A DNA stretch of 64,000 nt from Octopus sinensis (GCF_006345805.1 NC_043003.1:15190001-15254000), one strand, 5' to 3'. Counted from the stretch's first letter, positions 14,201-27,589 are shown. Made by a program: numbers and translations. Notes: generated by a model not told the origin, from the sequence alone.

Positions 14201-17200
14201 CCAAACCAATAGAAAAGGTGCCTCTACAAATTCCATCTGATCTGTACAAGCCTGGAAAAGTGAACCATGTGGTTGGCTAGCAGACTTCTTACCACACAGC
14301 CAGGCCTACGCCTTTATCATAACAATTACTCTCTTTACTCTTTTATTTGTTTCAGTCATTTGACTGTGGCCATGCTGGAGCACCGCCTTTAGTTGAGCAA
14401 ATCAACCCCAGGACTTATTCTTTGTAAGCCTAGTACTTATTCTATTGGCCCCTTTTGCAGAACCGCTAAGTTACGGGGATGTAAACACACCAGCATCGGT
14501 TGTCAAGCGATGTTGGGTGGACAAACACACACATACACATATATATACGATGGGCTTCTTTCAGTTTCCGTCTACCAAATCTACTCACAAGGCTTTGGTT
14601 GGCTTGAGGCTATAGTAGAAGACACTTGCCCAAGGTGCCACGCAGTGGGACTGAACCCGGAACCATGTGGTTCGTAAGCAAGCTACTTACCACACAGTCA
14701 CAACTTCATACAACATCACTATTAACAATAATCCTTTCTATTATAGACACAAGGCCTGAAATTTGGGGGAGGGGGACAGTCAATTACATCAACCCCAGTA
14801 CACAACTGGTACTTAATTTATCAACCCCGAAAGGATGAAAGGCAAAGTTGACCTCAGCGGAATTTGAACTCAGAATGTAGCAACAGGCGAAATACTGCTA
14901 AGCATTTCATCCAGTGTGCTAATGATTCTGCCAGCTTGCTCTTCATATTAACAGTAATATGGGTGTTTTCTAATCATGCTTTTTTTTTTCCCTTTCTTTT
15001 CAGATTTGTCTGACTGGAATCAGTCATTACATAAATGCAAATTGAAATTTGCCACAATTAAAAACACCTCTAGCGATACAAAAGGAGCACTGGTAAATTG
15101 CAACGAGAAGTCAGTTGCTTTATTCAAACATAAAGACACTATTTACGCCATTGACGACAAATGTCCACATTCTGGTACGTTGCCCTTTTGTTTTTTATTT
15201 GTTTGTTTAAGAAGCTTGCTTTGTAATCTCGCTGTTTTAGGTTCAGCCCCACTGTGTGGCACCTTAGGCAAGTGGATCTTACTACAGCTCTGGACTGATA
15301 TAATGCCTTGTTTGGAAATTTGGTAGCCAGAAACTGTGTAGAAGCTGATCAGTTACATATATATAAAAAGAGAACCCAAATGGCACTTAAACACCATTTG
15401 TGTACCTGTGCCACACCTGGAACCAACCCTGTAGTCAAATCTATAGTTTAAATTAATACCGCTTCAGTTTAAATTGGATTTGATACTTACATATCTAGAC
15501 TGTCCTGCCAACATGTGATATCTCTCTTGTTGCTTACCATACTGTGAACTCTACGTTATCGTTCCTAGCCATTTATGGCATCCTATATGTTCATGTGCTT
15601 AGGTTCTGTCGAATCTTTACAACTAATTCATACACACACACGTTTGTGTGTCTGTGTTTGTCCCCCACCATTGCTTGACGACCAATGTTGGTGTGTCTCC
15701 GTCCTCATAAATTAGCGGTTTGGCAAAGGAGACCGATAGAACAAGTACTAAGCCTACAAAGAATAAGTCCTGGGGTCAATTTGTTTGACTAAAGGCACTG
15801 CTCCAGCACGGCCGCAGTCAAATATTTGAAACGAGTAACAGAATATATATATATATATATATAAAAAAAAAATAAATGTTCCTTCTCAAGCCATGCCAGG
15901 CTCATGAGGGCCGGTTTCTCGGTTTCAGTGGCGTAGAAATTTACCCACCTGGACTGGATGCCGGTCTGTCACAAGATAACTCATTTTTGCCAGCGGAGTG
16001 GACTGGAGCAAGGTGAAATGAAGTATTTTGCTCAAAAACACAATGCATCGCTCGGTCCAGGAATCGAAACCACAGACTTACGATCATGAGTTTAACACCC
16101 TAACCACTAAGCCATGTGCCTCCACACCCTCACACACACACACACATTTTTGTGTGTCTGGACTGGCACTTATCCTCAAAAGGATGAAAAGTAAAGTTAA
16201 TCTGGGCAGAATTTGAACTCAGAACATAAAAGACAGACAAAATGCTGCTAAACATTTTGCCTGGCAAGCTAAAGAATCTGCCAACTTCACAGCCTCGAAA
16301 ATATTTAGATTAAAAGGCATAATTGTAAAGATTCTTAGAATTCTGGTTTGCCAGTGGCCTTTAACTCATCTGTTATGCTTAGGTTGAAAGACACAAACTT
16401 TAGTTAAATTCATTTGGAAAATGATGAGGAATTTAGTAAAATATCTTGGTGTTTGAAACGGGTGTGACTGTGTGGTAAGAAGCTTGCTTCCCAACCATAT
16501 GGTTCCAAGTTCGGTCCCACTGCTTGGCAGTGTCTTCTACTATATGGCTTTGATCCAAAGTCTTGTAAATGTATTTGGTAGAAGGAAACTGAAAGAAGCT
16601 TGTGTGTATGTATATATATATGTGTGTGTATGTATGTATTTGTGTGTGTCTTTGTCTCTGTCCCCAACTACTGTTTGACATCTGGTGTTGGTGTGTTTAT
16701 GTCCTTGTAACTTAGCAGTTTGGAAAAAAGGAACTAATAGAATAAGTCAGGCTTGAAAGAAAATAAGTACTGGCGTCAACTATTTATTCAACTAAATTTC
16801 TTCAAGGCTGTGTCCCAGCATGGCCACATTCTAATGATTGAAATGAGCATAAGGCAAAATATTAAAGATAAAACTTAACATGAAATTTTGATACTCTCTT
16901 TTACTCTTTTCAGTCATTTGACTGTGGCCATGCTGGAGCACTGCCTTTAGTCGAGCAAATCGACCCTGGGACTTATTCTTTGGAAGCCTAGTACTTATTC
17001 TATCGGTCTCTTTTGCCGAACCGCTAAGTGATGGGGACATAAACACAGACACACAAACATACACACGCACATATATATACATATATGCGATGGGCTTCTT
17101 TCAGTTTCTATCTTCCAAATCCACTCACAAGGCTTTGGTCAGCTCGAGGCTATAGTAGATGCTTGCCCAAGATGGGATGCAGTGGGACTGAACCCGGAAT

Positions 17201-20200
17201 CATGTGGTTGTTAAGCAAGCTGCTTACCACACAGCCACTCATAGAAGTTTTTTTTTTTTTTTTCAGTTTTAAATTCAGACCCCTTTTAACTGGGTAGTTT
17301 GTAACATATAAGTATGGGCAGTCTTGGGTAGTTTGATATAAAAAAAAGGTTAACAAAACAGTGTATAATTCCACGTGTGAATTGAAATATCTCTTGTTAA
17401 CAATAATGACATTTTGCAATGTGTGCATAAGAGAGAAAGAGGGAAAAAGGAAGTTTGTTATATTGTAAGGTCAGAGATCAAACTATGAATAAAGCTGAAA
17501 AATAATGAATGTCAGTGCTATATTATTGTATAAACTCTGACCTAAAAACCTAAAAACTGTCCTTGAGATGAAAGTTGATGTCAGCAACTATTCATTGTTT
17601 TAAATCCAAGCCTGGATAGAGTAGTGCAAATACACAGTTTGTATCTCTATGAAATGTTTCTAGACATTCTTTTTCTCACGCTAACACTTACAAACTTCCA
17701 ACCAACATGATTGTAAAATATGTAAAATAAATAATGTATATAATTCAAAAAGAAATCTTGTTGTCATTCCACTTATGTGCATTTGCCGCTGCATGTATTA
17801 TATGGTCTGTAATATTTAATTAAGAATGGGATCGCGTGCGATTGTATTCCCTATACGATACGACCGCATGTGATCCTATTTTTATACATAAGTTACGGAA
17901 TTGACACAAGAGAACGCTAAAGAAGGAACTTTTTAAGAAAAACAAAAATATATATATATATATATATATACTACAAAATTAGAAAATGGAGAAACATACT
18001 TAAATCAATCAAACATCAACCAACAGATGATACCCAATCAATACTTTATTACACCATTACATAACAGTAAAGGCATTATACAAAATATGTTGTAAATATA
18101 ATTAGACAAGGAAATAGAAATATAAAATATAAAATATAATATCTAATTATATCATATCTGACAGCTGTTTCGGCAGTAAGGGCAAGCATGCCTCATTTAA
18201 CCTATAAGCCATATAAGGCAGGTATAAATGAGACATTAACAAGGATATATATATATATAATAATATCAATTTTATCGCCGTTTTGTCTAAAACGGCAAGA
18301 GGCTATATGTAGCGATATCGTTACACTCATTGCTATCTTCACTGTTTGAGAAGAGTATTAAGAATAATCTCGTTCAAGATTACAAACATCTTCGGCTAGT
18401 TTAACATTGTTGTAAACGCTAATTCGATTGGCTGACACGTGGTCTCTACTACGTTCGCACTGCTGGTTGTCACATGACGCGATTTGCCTCCGCTTATTTT
18501 CGCGCCATTGTTCCAAGCAACCAATCACAGCTTTCCATTTATGAAGTTCGTTTTGAGCCACATAAACCTTATAAAAGAAGGGTTCTCAGACAAATATTCG
18601 TCTTAGGTTTTTAGTTCTTTTCAGAGCTAAACCTCTGACCACAGAGTTCGACTTAGGTTTCTAGTCCTTCTCAGGGCTAACCTCTGACCACAGAGTTCGT
18701 CTTAGGTTATAGTTCTTTTCAGAGCTAACCTCTGACCACAGAGTTCGTCTTTGGTTCAAGTCCTTCTCAGGGCGAACCTCTGACCACACAGAGCATACTC
18801 GACCATGTTCCAGTTCGAAAGGCAGGCGACCACCATTATATCAAGAGAAAAATAACCAAGCAGAATATATGATGAAGACGCAGCAAAAACCAAGCGACAG
18901 ACACAACTCATCGCCAAACATCGAAGATTTAATTTGTACACAAGACAACCACAGATTCAACTATAGCGGTTAGGTGAAGATCTCACCACGGGAAAAACGG
19001 CTACAGTTAACACATCTGGAAGTATATTTATATCAAGGGAAAGATAAACACAACAAGTGATTCAATTAATCTCAACTACGAGACGCAACATCTTGATATG
19101 GAACTCTTACGCTCCGTGTACCTCATAAACGGTAAATCAATTATCTGTTTCGAGTTCTAGTTCTTCTAAGAACTACCCTAAGCCATCTGCTACTACCTGT
19201 TGCTAGGCTGATACCAACAACATGAACTGTGAACCAAATTCCATTGTTATTCCTCTGGTCAGTACCTTTTATGCCTCACGAACACACAGACACAAAAACA
19301 TGCTAACACTTACAAACTTCCAACCAACATGATTGTAAAATATGTAAAAGAAATAATGTATATAATTCAAAAAGAAATCTTGTTGTCATTCCACTTATGT
19401 GCATTTGCCGCTGCATGTATTATATGGTCTGTAATATTTAATTAAAAATGGGATCGCGTGCGATTGTATTCCCTATACGATACGACCGCATGTGATCCTA
19501 TTTTTATACTTATAAACGTACCTGATTTGAGTATTTTGTACATTGGTAAAAAGGTGGCAAGCTGGCAGATATCATTAGAGCGCTGGACGAAATGCTTAGC
19601 AGTATTTCACCCATTGCTACATTCTGAGTTCAAATTCCGCCGAGGTCAACTTCGCCTTTCCTCCTTTCGGGGTCGATAAATTAAGTACCAGTTATGCACT
19701 TGGGTCTGTGTAATTGACTAGTCCTCTCCCCACAAAATTTCAGGCCTTGTGCCTATATCAGAAAGAGTTATTAGCATGAATTATTGGTGTTATTGTAGCT
19801 GGGGAAAATTTATCATTAGGGTCTTAACGCCTGTTAAATTTTGGTTTCAAATTTTGGCAAAAGGCCAGGAATGTGGGGAAGGGGTGTAAGTCGATTATGT
19901 CAACTCCAGTGCTAAACTGGTATTTATTTTATTGACCCTGGTAGGATGAAAGGCAAAGTAAACCTCAGTAACATTTGAATTCAGAATGTAAAAATGGATG
20001 AAGTGCTGCCAGGCATTTTACTTGGTCTGCTAACAGTTGTACCAGTTCAAAAGGATGTTAACTATTGGTTTCAAATTTTGGCACAAGGCCAGAAATTTTA
20101 GGGTCAACTCCAATGCTGAACTGGTACTTATTTTCTCGACCCCAAAAGGATGAAAGACAAAGTCGACTTTGGTGGTATTTGAACTTGGAACTTAAAGCAG

Positions 20201-21753
20201 GGCTGTGGAATCAAAACAAAAAACTTTGACTCTGACTCTGACTCCTCTACTATTGCATCAGGCTCCAGTCTAATTTGGCAAGGTTTCTATGGCAACCACT
20301 CCAATAGTGTAGTGGGCGCTTTTTATGTGCCACTTACACAGGGGCCAGTCAGGCAGCACTGGCATCAACCATGCTTGAATGGTGCTTTTTACATGCCACT
20401 GGCACAGGGGAAAGTCAGGCAGCACTGGCATCAACCACGCTTAAATGGTGCTTTTTACATGCCACTGGCACAGGGGAAAGTCGGGCAGCACTGGTATCGA
20501 CCATGCTCGACTGGTGCTTTTTATGTGCCACTGGCACAGGGGCCAGTCAGGCAGCACTGGCATCGACCATGCTCAAATGGTGCTTTTTACGTGCCATCAA
20601 TATGGGAGCCAACACAAAATATTTATTACAATACACAAAATATTTGAACAATTTTTTTTAAACAGTTCCTAATATTTAATTAGAAAAATTTAATGGGATT
20701 TCTTTAAACACTGAATGGCTGTGGAGGTGCACTAGAATAAAGCAGGAATCAAAGCGGTCCTTAGGTAAAAAAAAAAAGGTTGAGAACCACTGTGCTAGGA
20801 GAATAAGGAGTAGAGAGGGGTAGAGTATGAGAGAAAAGGGCTGGAGCAGAACAGATATGTTGCTGTTTAGGGGTTACACAATTACTTGCATTTTAAAAAT
20901 ATCCTCTACAGCAAGATTTATATAGATTTACCGTAAATCCTCGAGTATAGTCTGCCCTTGAGTATAATATGCAGGAGATTTTTAGGGAGTTGTACCTCTG
21001 AAAAAGCTAAACCTTGTGTATAATACGCACTCCTTCTCTAACGTGAGTCATGCGTTATTAAACCAGCAGCACTTAGTCGAATAAACACTTCCACACATGC
21101 GTAATACAATAATGGTGATGTTCTTAACTGTTATATGGGAATGTAAATATGTTTGCAAATTGTTTTGTTACATGTTATTCTGTGTTCTGAATACTTTTAT
21201 TTTAATTAATGTTGCTTACTGCAAGTTATGGATGATTCTTCATTGCTTTCAGGCTTAGCTTAAGGTATTTTCGCGCCTGACATCACAAAATGCGTCTGAA
21301 TAAACATTGCCGGACAGCAAATAGAGACTCGGATATTGCTTAGAAAATATTTAAAATTTTTAACCTCTTATATAGTACACACTAGGGATTTTAACCTTTA
21401 AATTTTGGGAAAAAATGCGGATTATTCACAAAGATTTATGGTATATAACTATTCTGCCATGACAAATATTTCGTGTATCTTATTAATTGTCCTTTTTTTT
21501 GTTTTTATACATTTTATTAGGTGGACCATTACACATGGGAGACATTGAAGAAATGCCAAATGGAACATTATGTGTCAGGTGTCCTTGGCACAGTTGGAGA
21601 TTTAACCTGTTGGATGGATCTGTGGTTTGGCCTAATACAAGAGAAGATAAAAAGACAAATGTCTATCATACAAAAGTCGATTCAAACGGCACCATATCGA
21701 TAGCATTTACAAACTTTGATGAGAAATATTTCAAGGCTGAAAATGATTTTTAA
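5236..21753 (+). CDS. RFESD: Rieske 2Fe-2S domain-containing protein, join(5236..5299,15004..15174,21521..21753), 155 aa
   Basis: Three exons with GT-AG introns and matching phases (64+171+233=468 nt) give MEKYDVSNK...YAIDDKCPHSGGPLHMGDIEE...CVRCPWHSWRFNL...ENDF*. Both Rieske ligand motifs (CxH, CxxH) are present, and size and motifs fit RFESD. Confidence 0.92.
6600..7350. mobile_element. HINE/Helentron-like element with CCCTAA run and internal duplication of about 175 bp
   Basis: Inverted pair GTAAAGAATATGTACATCGCCCG / CGGGTGTGCGTATTCTTTAC flanks (CCCTAA)n; a related terminus lies at about 49085-49165. Confidence 0.45.
7621..7859. mobile_element. Mutator-like MITE (copy 2)
   Basis: Same TIRs as 629-901; 9-bp flanks CCATGAGTC / CCACAAGTC (7/9 match). 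Confidence 0.8.
9162..9564 (-). mobile_element. Non-autonomous Helitron
   Basis: On the - strand: A|TC 5' end, subterminal CCCGAGCAATGCTGGG hairpin, CTAG|T 3' end; sister copy at 35433-35875. Confidence 0.75.
15004..15174 (+). CDS. RFESD: RFESD exon 2
   Basis: Polypyrimidine tract with ttttcag| acceptor; (D)LSDWNQ...AIDDKCPHS; donor G|gtacgt. Confidence 0.93.
17680..19509 (+). repeat. 208-bp direct repeats (17680-17887, 19302-19509)
   Basis: Only 2 substitutions seen between the copies. Confidence 0.92.
18308..19090 (+). mobile_element. Candidate solo LTR / LTR-like cassette
   Basis: TGTAGCG…CGCAACA termini; ATTGG 18427, CACGTG 18436, CCAAT 18521, TATAAAA 18570; internal 48-bp VNTR. No TSD found. 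Confidence 0.45.
20310..20597 (+). repeat. 66-bp minisatellite, about 4 units
   Basis: Units start GGTGCTTTTTAYRTGCCA. Confidence 0.92.
20931..21441 (+). mobile_element. Tc2/pogo-like MITE of about 500 bp
   Basis: TIR CCGTAAATCCTCGAGTATA with TA TSD; other copies at 39223-39721 and, inverted, 28466-28927. Confidence 0.85.
21521..21753 (+). CDS. RFESD: RFESD exon 3 (last coding)
   Basis: ttttattag| acceptor; (G)GPLHMGDIEE...CPWH...AENDF, then TAA. Confidence 0.93.
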
Positions 21754-22517
21754 ATTATTTATATTGCCTTTTTTGTTAAAAAGTTTTTATTTATTTATTT
21801 AAAGTTATATATTACCAATTTTTAAGTAGCTCAGAAAATATTTTATTGAAGCCAAAAATATGAAAAAAAAAAAAAAAATAATAATAATGTTGATTTTTTT
21901 TCAGAAAGCATCAATATATTTTGTTAGAAAAATACAAAAATTTAATTTTTAAGAAATTAAAAAAAAAAAGAAATTCAAGTGAAATATATAAAAATGGATA
22001 TAATTTTAGAAAAAGTATCCACTTCCTTGAATTTGATAATATATAAGGCACAATTTTTTTTCTTTTCCCAAAACAATGTTTCAAAAAAATCACCCCAGTT
22101 GTGTATGCAGAGGTGGGTCTCCCATAATCTTTAATGCAGTAAAATATTTTTTACTTGAATATGTGCTGCCGAAATTGGAGCCTGATATTCTCATGTGTCT
22201 TTTATGCCGTGAAATACGGTATTATTTCTATGGGAGACTGGAGGAGAGAAAAAAAAAAGTCAAAAGAAAAGATGTTAGAAACTTCTTTCTGTTGATACAC
22301 TTTAAAGTCTTGCAGCAGTTTTTAACAGTTATAAAATTGAAGATTTTACTAGAAATAGTAGGAGACAAATGTTTGATCTTATATCATTATTCAAAGGTCA
22401 GTTGTTTTGAAAGAGAACTTGGTATTTAGAAGTTAACTGAAACACTGAAATTTTATTGAATACCACTTAGTTTTATATTGATAAGGAATTATAACATAGA
22501 ATTATGTTATATTCATC

Positions 22518-22880
22518 ATAGGCGCAGGAGTGGCTGTGTGCTAAGTAGCTTACTTACCAACCACATGGTTCCGGGCTCAGCCCCACTGCATGGCACACTG
22601 GGCAAGTGTCTTCTACTATAGCCTTGGGCCAACCAAAGCCTTGTAAGTGGAGTTGGAAATTGAAATAAGCCCATTGTGTGTGTGTTTGCTCCCCCACTAT
22701 TGCTTACAACCGATGCTGGTGTGTTTACATCCCTGTAACTTAGCGGTTCGGCAAAAGACCGATAGAGTAAGTACTAGGCTTACAAAGAATAAGTCCTGAG
22801 GTCAATTTGTTCGACTAAAGGCGGTGCTCCAGCATGGCTACAGTCAAATGACTGAAACAAATAAAAGAATAAAAGAACCA
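22518..22880 (+). mobile_element. tRNA-derived SINE family B (central microsatellite), representative copy
   Basis: GGAGTGGCTGTGTGG…GGTTCAGTCCC head and GACTGAAACAAGTAAAAG tail. Copies at 13685-14008, 14330-14700, 16457-16850, 16890-17240, 32700-33060, 36572-37332, 46705-47242, 50130-50495, 56685-57122, 61690-62100. Confidence 0.85.
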
Positions 22881-24788
22881 TCTATTTTATAGGAAAATCT
22901 TACTGTAATGATAAGCTTCTTGTCTATTTTATTTTCTTAATGTTTATTAAAGTGTAGACCAGATTTGGGTTACCTCTTTAGAAAAGTGGGTCACGCAGAC
23001 AAGCTGCACTACTTAAATTTTTCATTAGGTATCCCATTTAGAAAGCCCTCTGGTTCACAGGTTCCCCATGACTGGTGTGGAGTTTTCATAAATTTGAATA
23101 ATAATAATAATCATTTTTGCTTTTTCTAAGCTAACGAGTGCCTGATGTTTGTCTACTATATGTATTTTATTAGTGTAATTATTTATACCGTTATCAGTGT
23201 CTTAACTGTTTCAAATATTCAACTTGTGCCTGGCCTTTATAACCTTGTAACGGTTGATTTTTTTTTGTTTGTTTGTTTGTTTGTTTTAACTTTACAAATT
23301 CAAGTGCACATCTACTGTTATGCAGCAGTAGTTGCACAGAGCAATTTTAAATATTACTTTTATTAGTAGTTAACACGGCAGGCAAACAATTAGTGTATAA
23401 AAGAGACTGATACACTAAGTACTACACTTAAAAAAAAAATAAAATAAAAAATACTGGGGTCAATTTGTATGACTAAATCATTCAAGGTAGTGCCCCAGCA
23501 TGGCCACAGTCTAATGACTGAAACATTTAAAGGATAAATATAATCCTGTGTCTCGAAACCCATAGTCTTATACAGCAGACCCCCAAAGTTCTGTGCTCTT
23601 AAAAGCATCACCTGGGGTGGATTACCCCTTCACACCCTACTCTCTTCCTAGCTACGCTACTGCTTTAGAAATCAGGCATAGACTATGGGAGCAGGCATGA
23701 TTGTATGGTTAAAAAATTTACTTTGCAACTAAGTGATTTGGGCTCAGGTTTGATCCCACAACCCATGTGGTTCTCTGGGAAAATATCTTCTATCATAACC
23801 TTTGCTCAGTCAAAGACATGTGAGTGAAATATGGTGAACAAAAACTCTAGAAGTCTTTTGGAGACTGTTGCTGGATGATAGACTATATCTTACACCTGGT
23901 TTAATACCGTCACCCGATCCATGGGTGCTTTTAGCAGTGTCCACTCTGTTGCCAACATTTGGACCAGATACCTGTCTGATGGTAACGCACTCTCTTCCTC
24001 CCTCTATTTACTTTTGCCTTAAAAAGTGACTTGGGCACTAACCTCCCTCTTCCTGAATAAGCCATATAAAAATTTAAACTAAAAGACATACAATTTTGAA
24101 GAAGACAGCTGAAATGGTTTATCCCTGAAACAAAATGGAATGTACAAAATATATCCACACTCAGTAATTTTAGTGCATGTATGTCTATTTTAGGTATACT
24201 AATACAGGTGTTTTGAAAGCTTTAATATTAGTGGAACAAAAATATTTTATGATATATTCACAACACTATTGTTTTGTTGCAGGATTAAATACATTCTAAG
24301 CATGTAAATATAAACTTTAAAATATACCTTTTTTAATTCCATATGACAATCACTCGCGGACATGCTTATAAAATAAAAAAAAACAGCAGAGCACCCATGA
24401 CTTTTGGAAGCATTTTTCCATGCTCAGAATTGCTGAAGCTTGGAATAAACTGTTGAGACCCTACATCCTTCAAAACTTCCATGCTTCCTGAAAACTGCCA
24501 ACAGCATACCTGATGGCCTTTTTTTAAAAAAAAAATTTTTTTATAGTTGTAGTGCACCTGAGCACTATATACAACACTTTCCTTTATTATTATTATTATA
24601 TATATTTTAACTGTTTGATAATTGCTGTATATGGCATATGGTGTTTGTTAAATATAATGTATGTTATCACCACTGAGTGAACTGATCTATGATAGAAGCA
24701 AAATAGCTGTGACCATGTTATTGCCTTTGGTTTTCTATGGTTGCATTTTTATTATATATTCTTTTTACTTGTCATACAAAATGTTTAA

Positions 24789-25230
24789 CCCTTTCATTAC
24801 CAACCTGGCTGAAACCGGCTCTGGCTTTGTAATACAAATATCTTGTTTTCATAAGTTTTGAATTAAAATCTTCCACCAGACTTAGTCACAATTTATGCTC
24901 CTAACACTAGCTTAATGATAACAAAATTATTTTACTTAATTCTTTGTTATATTTAAAGTAATTGAAAGAAACACAGAGCATCCCAACAGAAATATGGTAA
25001 CAAATGGGTTAAACCGTTAGCTTTCTGATTACTCAGTCAAATGTAATACTTATTGATTCCCATTGTTTTAAATTAATTCTGCATTATCTCATAGCACTGA
25101 GATTTCTATGATGTGATTCTTTATTTTTAGAATGGCATTGTAGGATAGGTGAGAGAAGCTAGTTCTAACCAGTTTGTACATAAGAGGTAGAATATATGGG
25201 CCGGATATGGCCAGTTTAAATGCTAAAAGG
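24789..25230. mobile_element. Two different piggyBac-like MITEs sharing one TTAA (24789-25008 and 25013-25230)
   Basis: TTAA at 24785-88 and 25009-12; the second family recurs at 39187-39911. Confidence 0.75.
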
Positions 25231-26249
25231 TTCTAAATCTCAGAGGAATATTATTGTAATTACAGCAAAAATTTACTTCACAAATTGAAAACTTTATAAT
25301 CTTTGTTTTTTATTTTTATGCTCAGTCTTTCAAAAACAATATTTTCTTTTAAATGTTAGAAAACCATTAGCAGCAGTAAAGAACACTATGGGAATGTCAA
25401 TATATTCCTTCTGCGTTTTTCATCTGAAGTACAGATATGCAAATTAAGCTATCCAGAACAGTGATAGTTAGGTTGCCTCTTGCTGTATAAAGTAGACAGC
25501 ACTTATTAATTGTACCAGTTGAACAGTGGGGGTTGATTGGTGAAGGAAATAGGTGTAGGCATGGTTGCGTGGTTTAAGAAGCTTGTTTTGCAATCATGTG
25601 GTTTTGGGTTCAAGTCTCACTTGGTACCTTGGGAAAGTGTCTTCTGACCAATGCCTTGTGAGTGAATTTGATAGACTGAAACTGTGTGCTAGCTGTGTGT
25701 GTGTGTGTGACAAGTACTGGTGTGTTCATGTCCTTGTAACTTAGCAGTTCAGTGAAAGAGACCGTTGAGATTGTGTGGTTCATGTTCTTGAGCATTTTCA
25801 GAAAATACATGAAGGGGATTCCAAAGTGTTGTTGTTACAGAGGGGGAAAGTGGCGGGCATATTGTTGGATAGGACGAGGGTTAGATGCACTATGAGTGAT
25901 GTATGGAAGAGAAATGAGTGGACATGGATGAAAGAGGCGCAAGACCGGCCAGCTTTGAGGTGCAGTAGAAATCATCATTGTTTAATGTTCGTCTTCTATG
26001 CTGGCATGGGTTGGACGACTCAACAGGAGCTGATGAGCCAGAAGATTGTTTTCAGTTTCAGAGTCTGCTTTGGTATGGTTTCTACAATTAGATGCCCTTT
26101 CTAACCCCAACCACTCTACACAGTGTACTTGGTTTCTTTTTCATAGCCACTGGTCAGGTTGCAAGTCAAGACCCTGCAACTGAGTGGGATGTAGTATTGA
26201 GGGAAATAGCTTCTTACCAAATGATGAGAAATTCAAATATGATAGTGAA

Positions 26250-26800
26250 ACAGGAACAGGTATCTTGCTCTAGAGGAGATACATGTCTAAACAAGTCCTC
26301 TGCATTCACTGCTCACATTTCATTAACATGTAGCATTGCTGTTCATGTGTTATACAATCTGCCTTTCACTCTGAGAGAGAGAGAGAGGCTTTTTGTTGCT
26401 GGGGGAGGTCATAGCTCTCTGAACTTTTAGTCAATTCTTATTCTACCAACTATACTTTCAGAACATCCTCTTCCACTACTAACTGGGTCACCTAACAGAA
26501 ACTATCTCTTACTTTTAAGGATCCTCCTGGATGTTTAGAAAATCCATTTGCCCTGTGTACTTATCATCTATTGCTCTTGCACATCTGTCACAAACAAAGC
26601 CTTCTTTCTCTGTTAACCTTCTTGTGATTCCACTACACCTCTTATGAGCCCATAGTTTGTACTGGATACACCATATTGAATTTCTAACTATATATTTTCT
26701 GCATGTCAAACAAGACCATTTCCTCCAAGTAAGTAGAGTCCTGTTTTTCTGCTTAGAACTTTGGTTGCAGTAGAACATGCAGAGTTAGGAGACATTTTTG
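26250..26800 (-). mobile_element. RTE LINE fragment (PHD-like insert region of RT)
   Basis: CRK…NSIWC…WAHKRCSGI…FVCDRC followed by the EVVDSFC / KFRELL / LRVKGRLYN motifs; a related fragment lies at about 27590-27960. Confidence 0.7.
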
Positions 26801-27589
26801 TGAGCAAGATTTAGGAGTATGTCATTAAGTTCTTCCAGGCAAATCACTTGCTGGCCTCTTTTATGTGAATGCAGCCTAGTTTGTCATTTTGTGTCCCTTT
26901 GAACTTATTTTACATGGTTATGCTAGGACAAAAAGATTATTTCAACACAAAACTGCTTTATTTGACTGGCATACCAATATCTTATTGATTCATAGCTGTA
27001 AATCTATCAACCACAACCAGTTTTCCGAATGGTTTGAATGTATAAAGACATTGTTTACAACTGTTTATGCTATGTTTGTTGTAAATGAGAATTTAATGTT
27101 TCAGCCTTTGATACTAAAGTTCTTTGATCTAAAGCCTCTGTGAAGTATAAACATCTGACGTTTGAAGTAGCTAAGGAAGTGACTTGGCAGAATCAGCACA
27201 TGCTTTACGGCAGTTCACCTATCTTCATGTTCTGAGTTCAAACTCTACTGAGATTAATTTTGCCTTTCATCTTTTTGGGGCCAATAAAATGAGTACCAGT
27301 TGAACAGTGGTGGTGGGGTTGATCTAATTGACTTACCCCCCCCCCCAAAAAAAAATTGCTTGCCTTGTGCCAAAATTTGAAGTATATGTGTCTAAGCTGC
27401 TTTGCCAGAAGTTTATAAACCCTTATTTAGTTTCACTGTTTATAACTTGTTATAAATAAATAAAATAAATGAATGAACAATGGATGTTTTTGTTTTTATT
27501 TACTCTGCCATGTCATTTAACCTTGATATTCTCTTTACATAAGATCATAAGGATGCTTCATTCAATCTAACAAGAGACATGAATAAATA

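Noticed and set aside
20312-20672. Overlapping repetitive ORFs in three frames
   Set aside because: By-product of the 66-bp stop-free VNTR; the same applies to ORFs at 36800-37174, 41742-42232 and 47544-48000.
22518-22600. tRNA genes
   Set aside because: The tRNA-like segments are SINE heads that continue into SINE bodies; no complete cloverleaf was seen.
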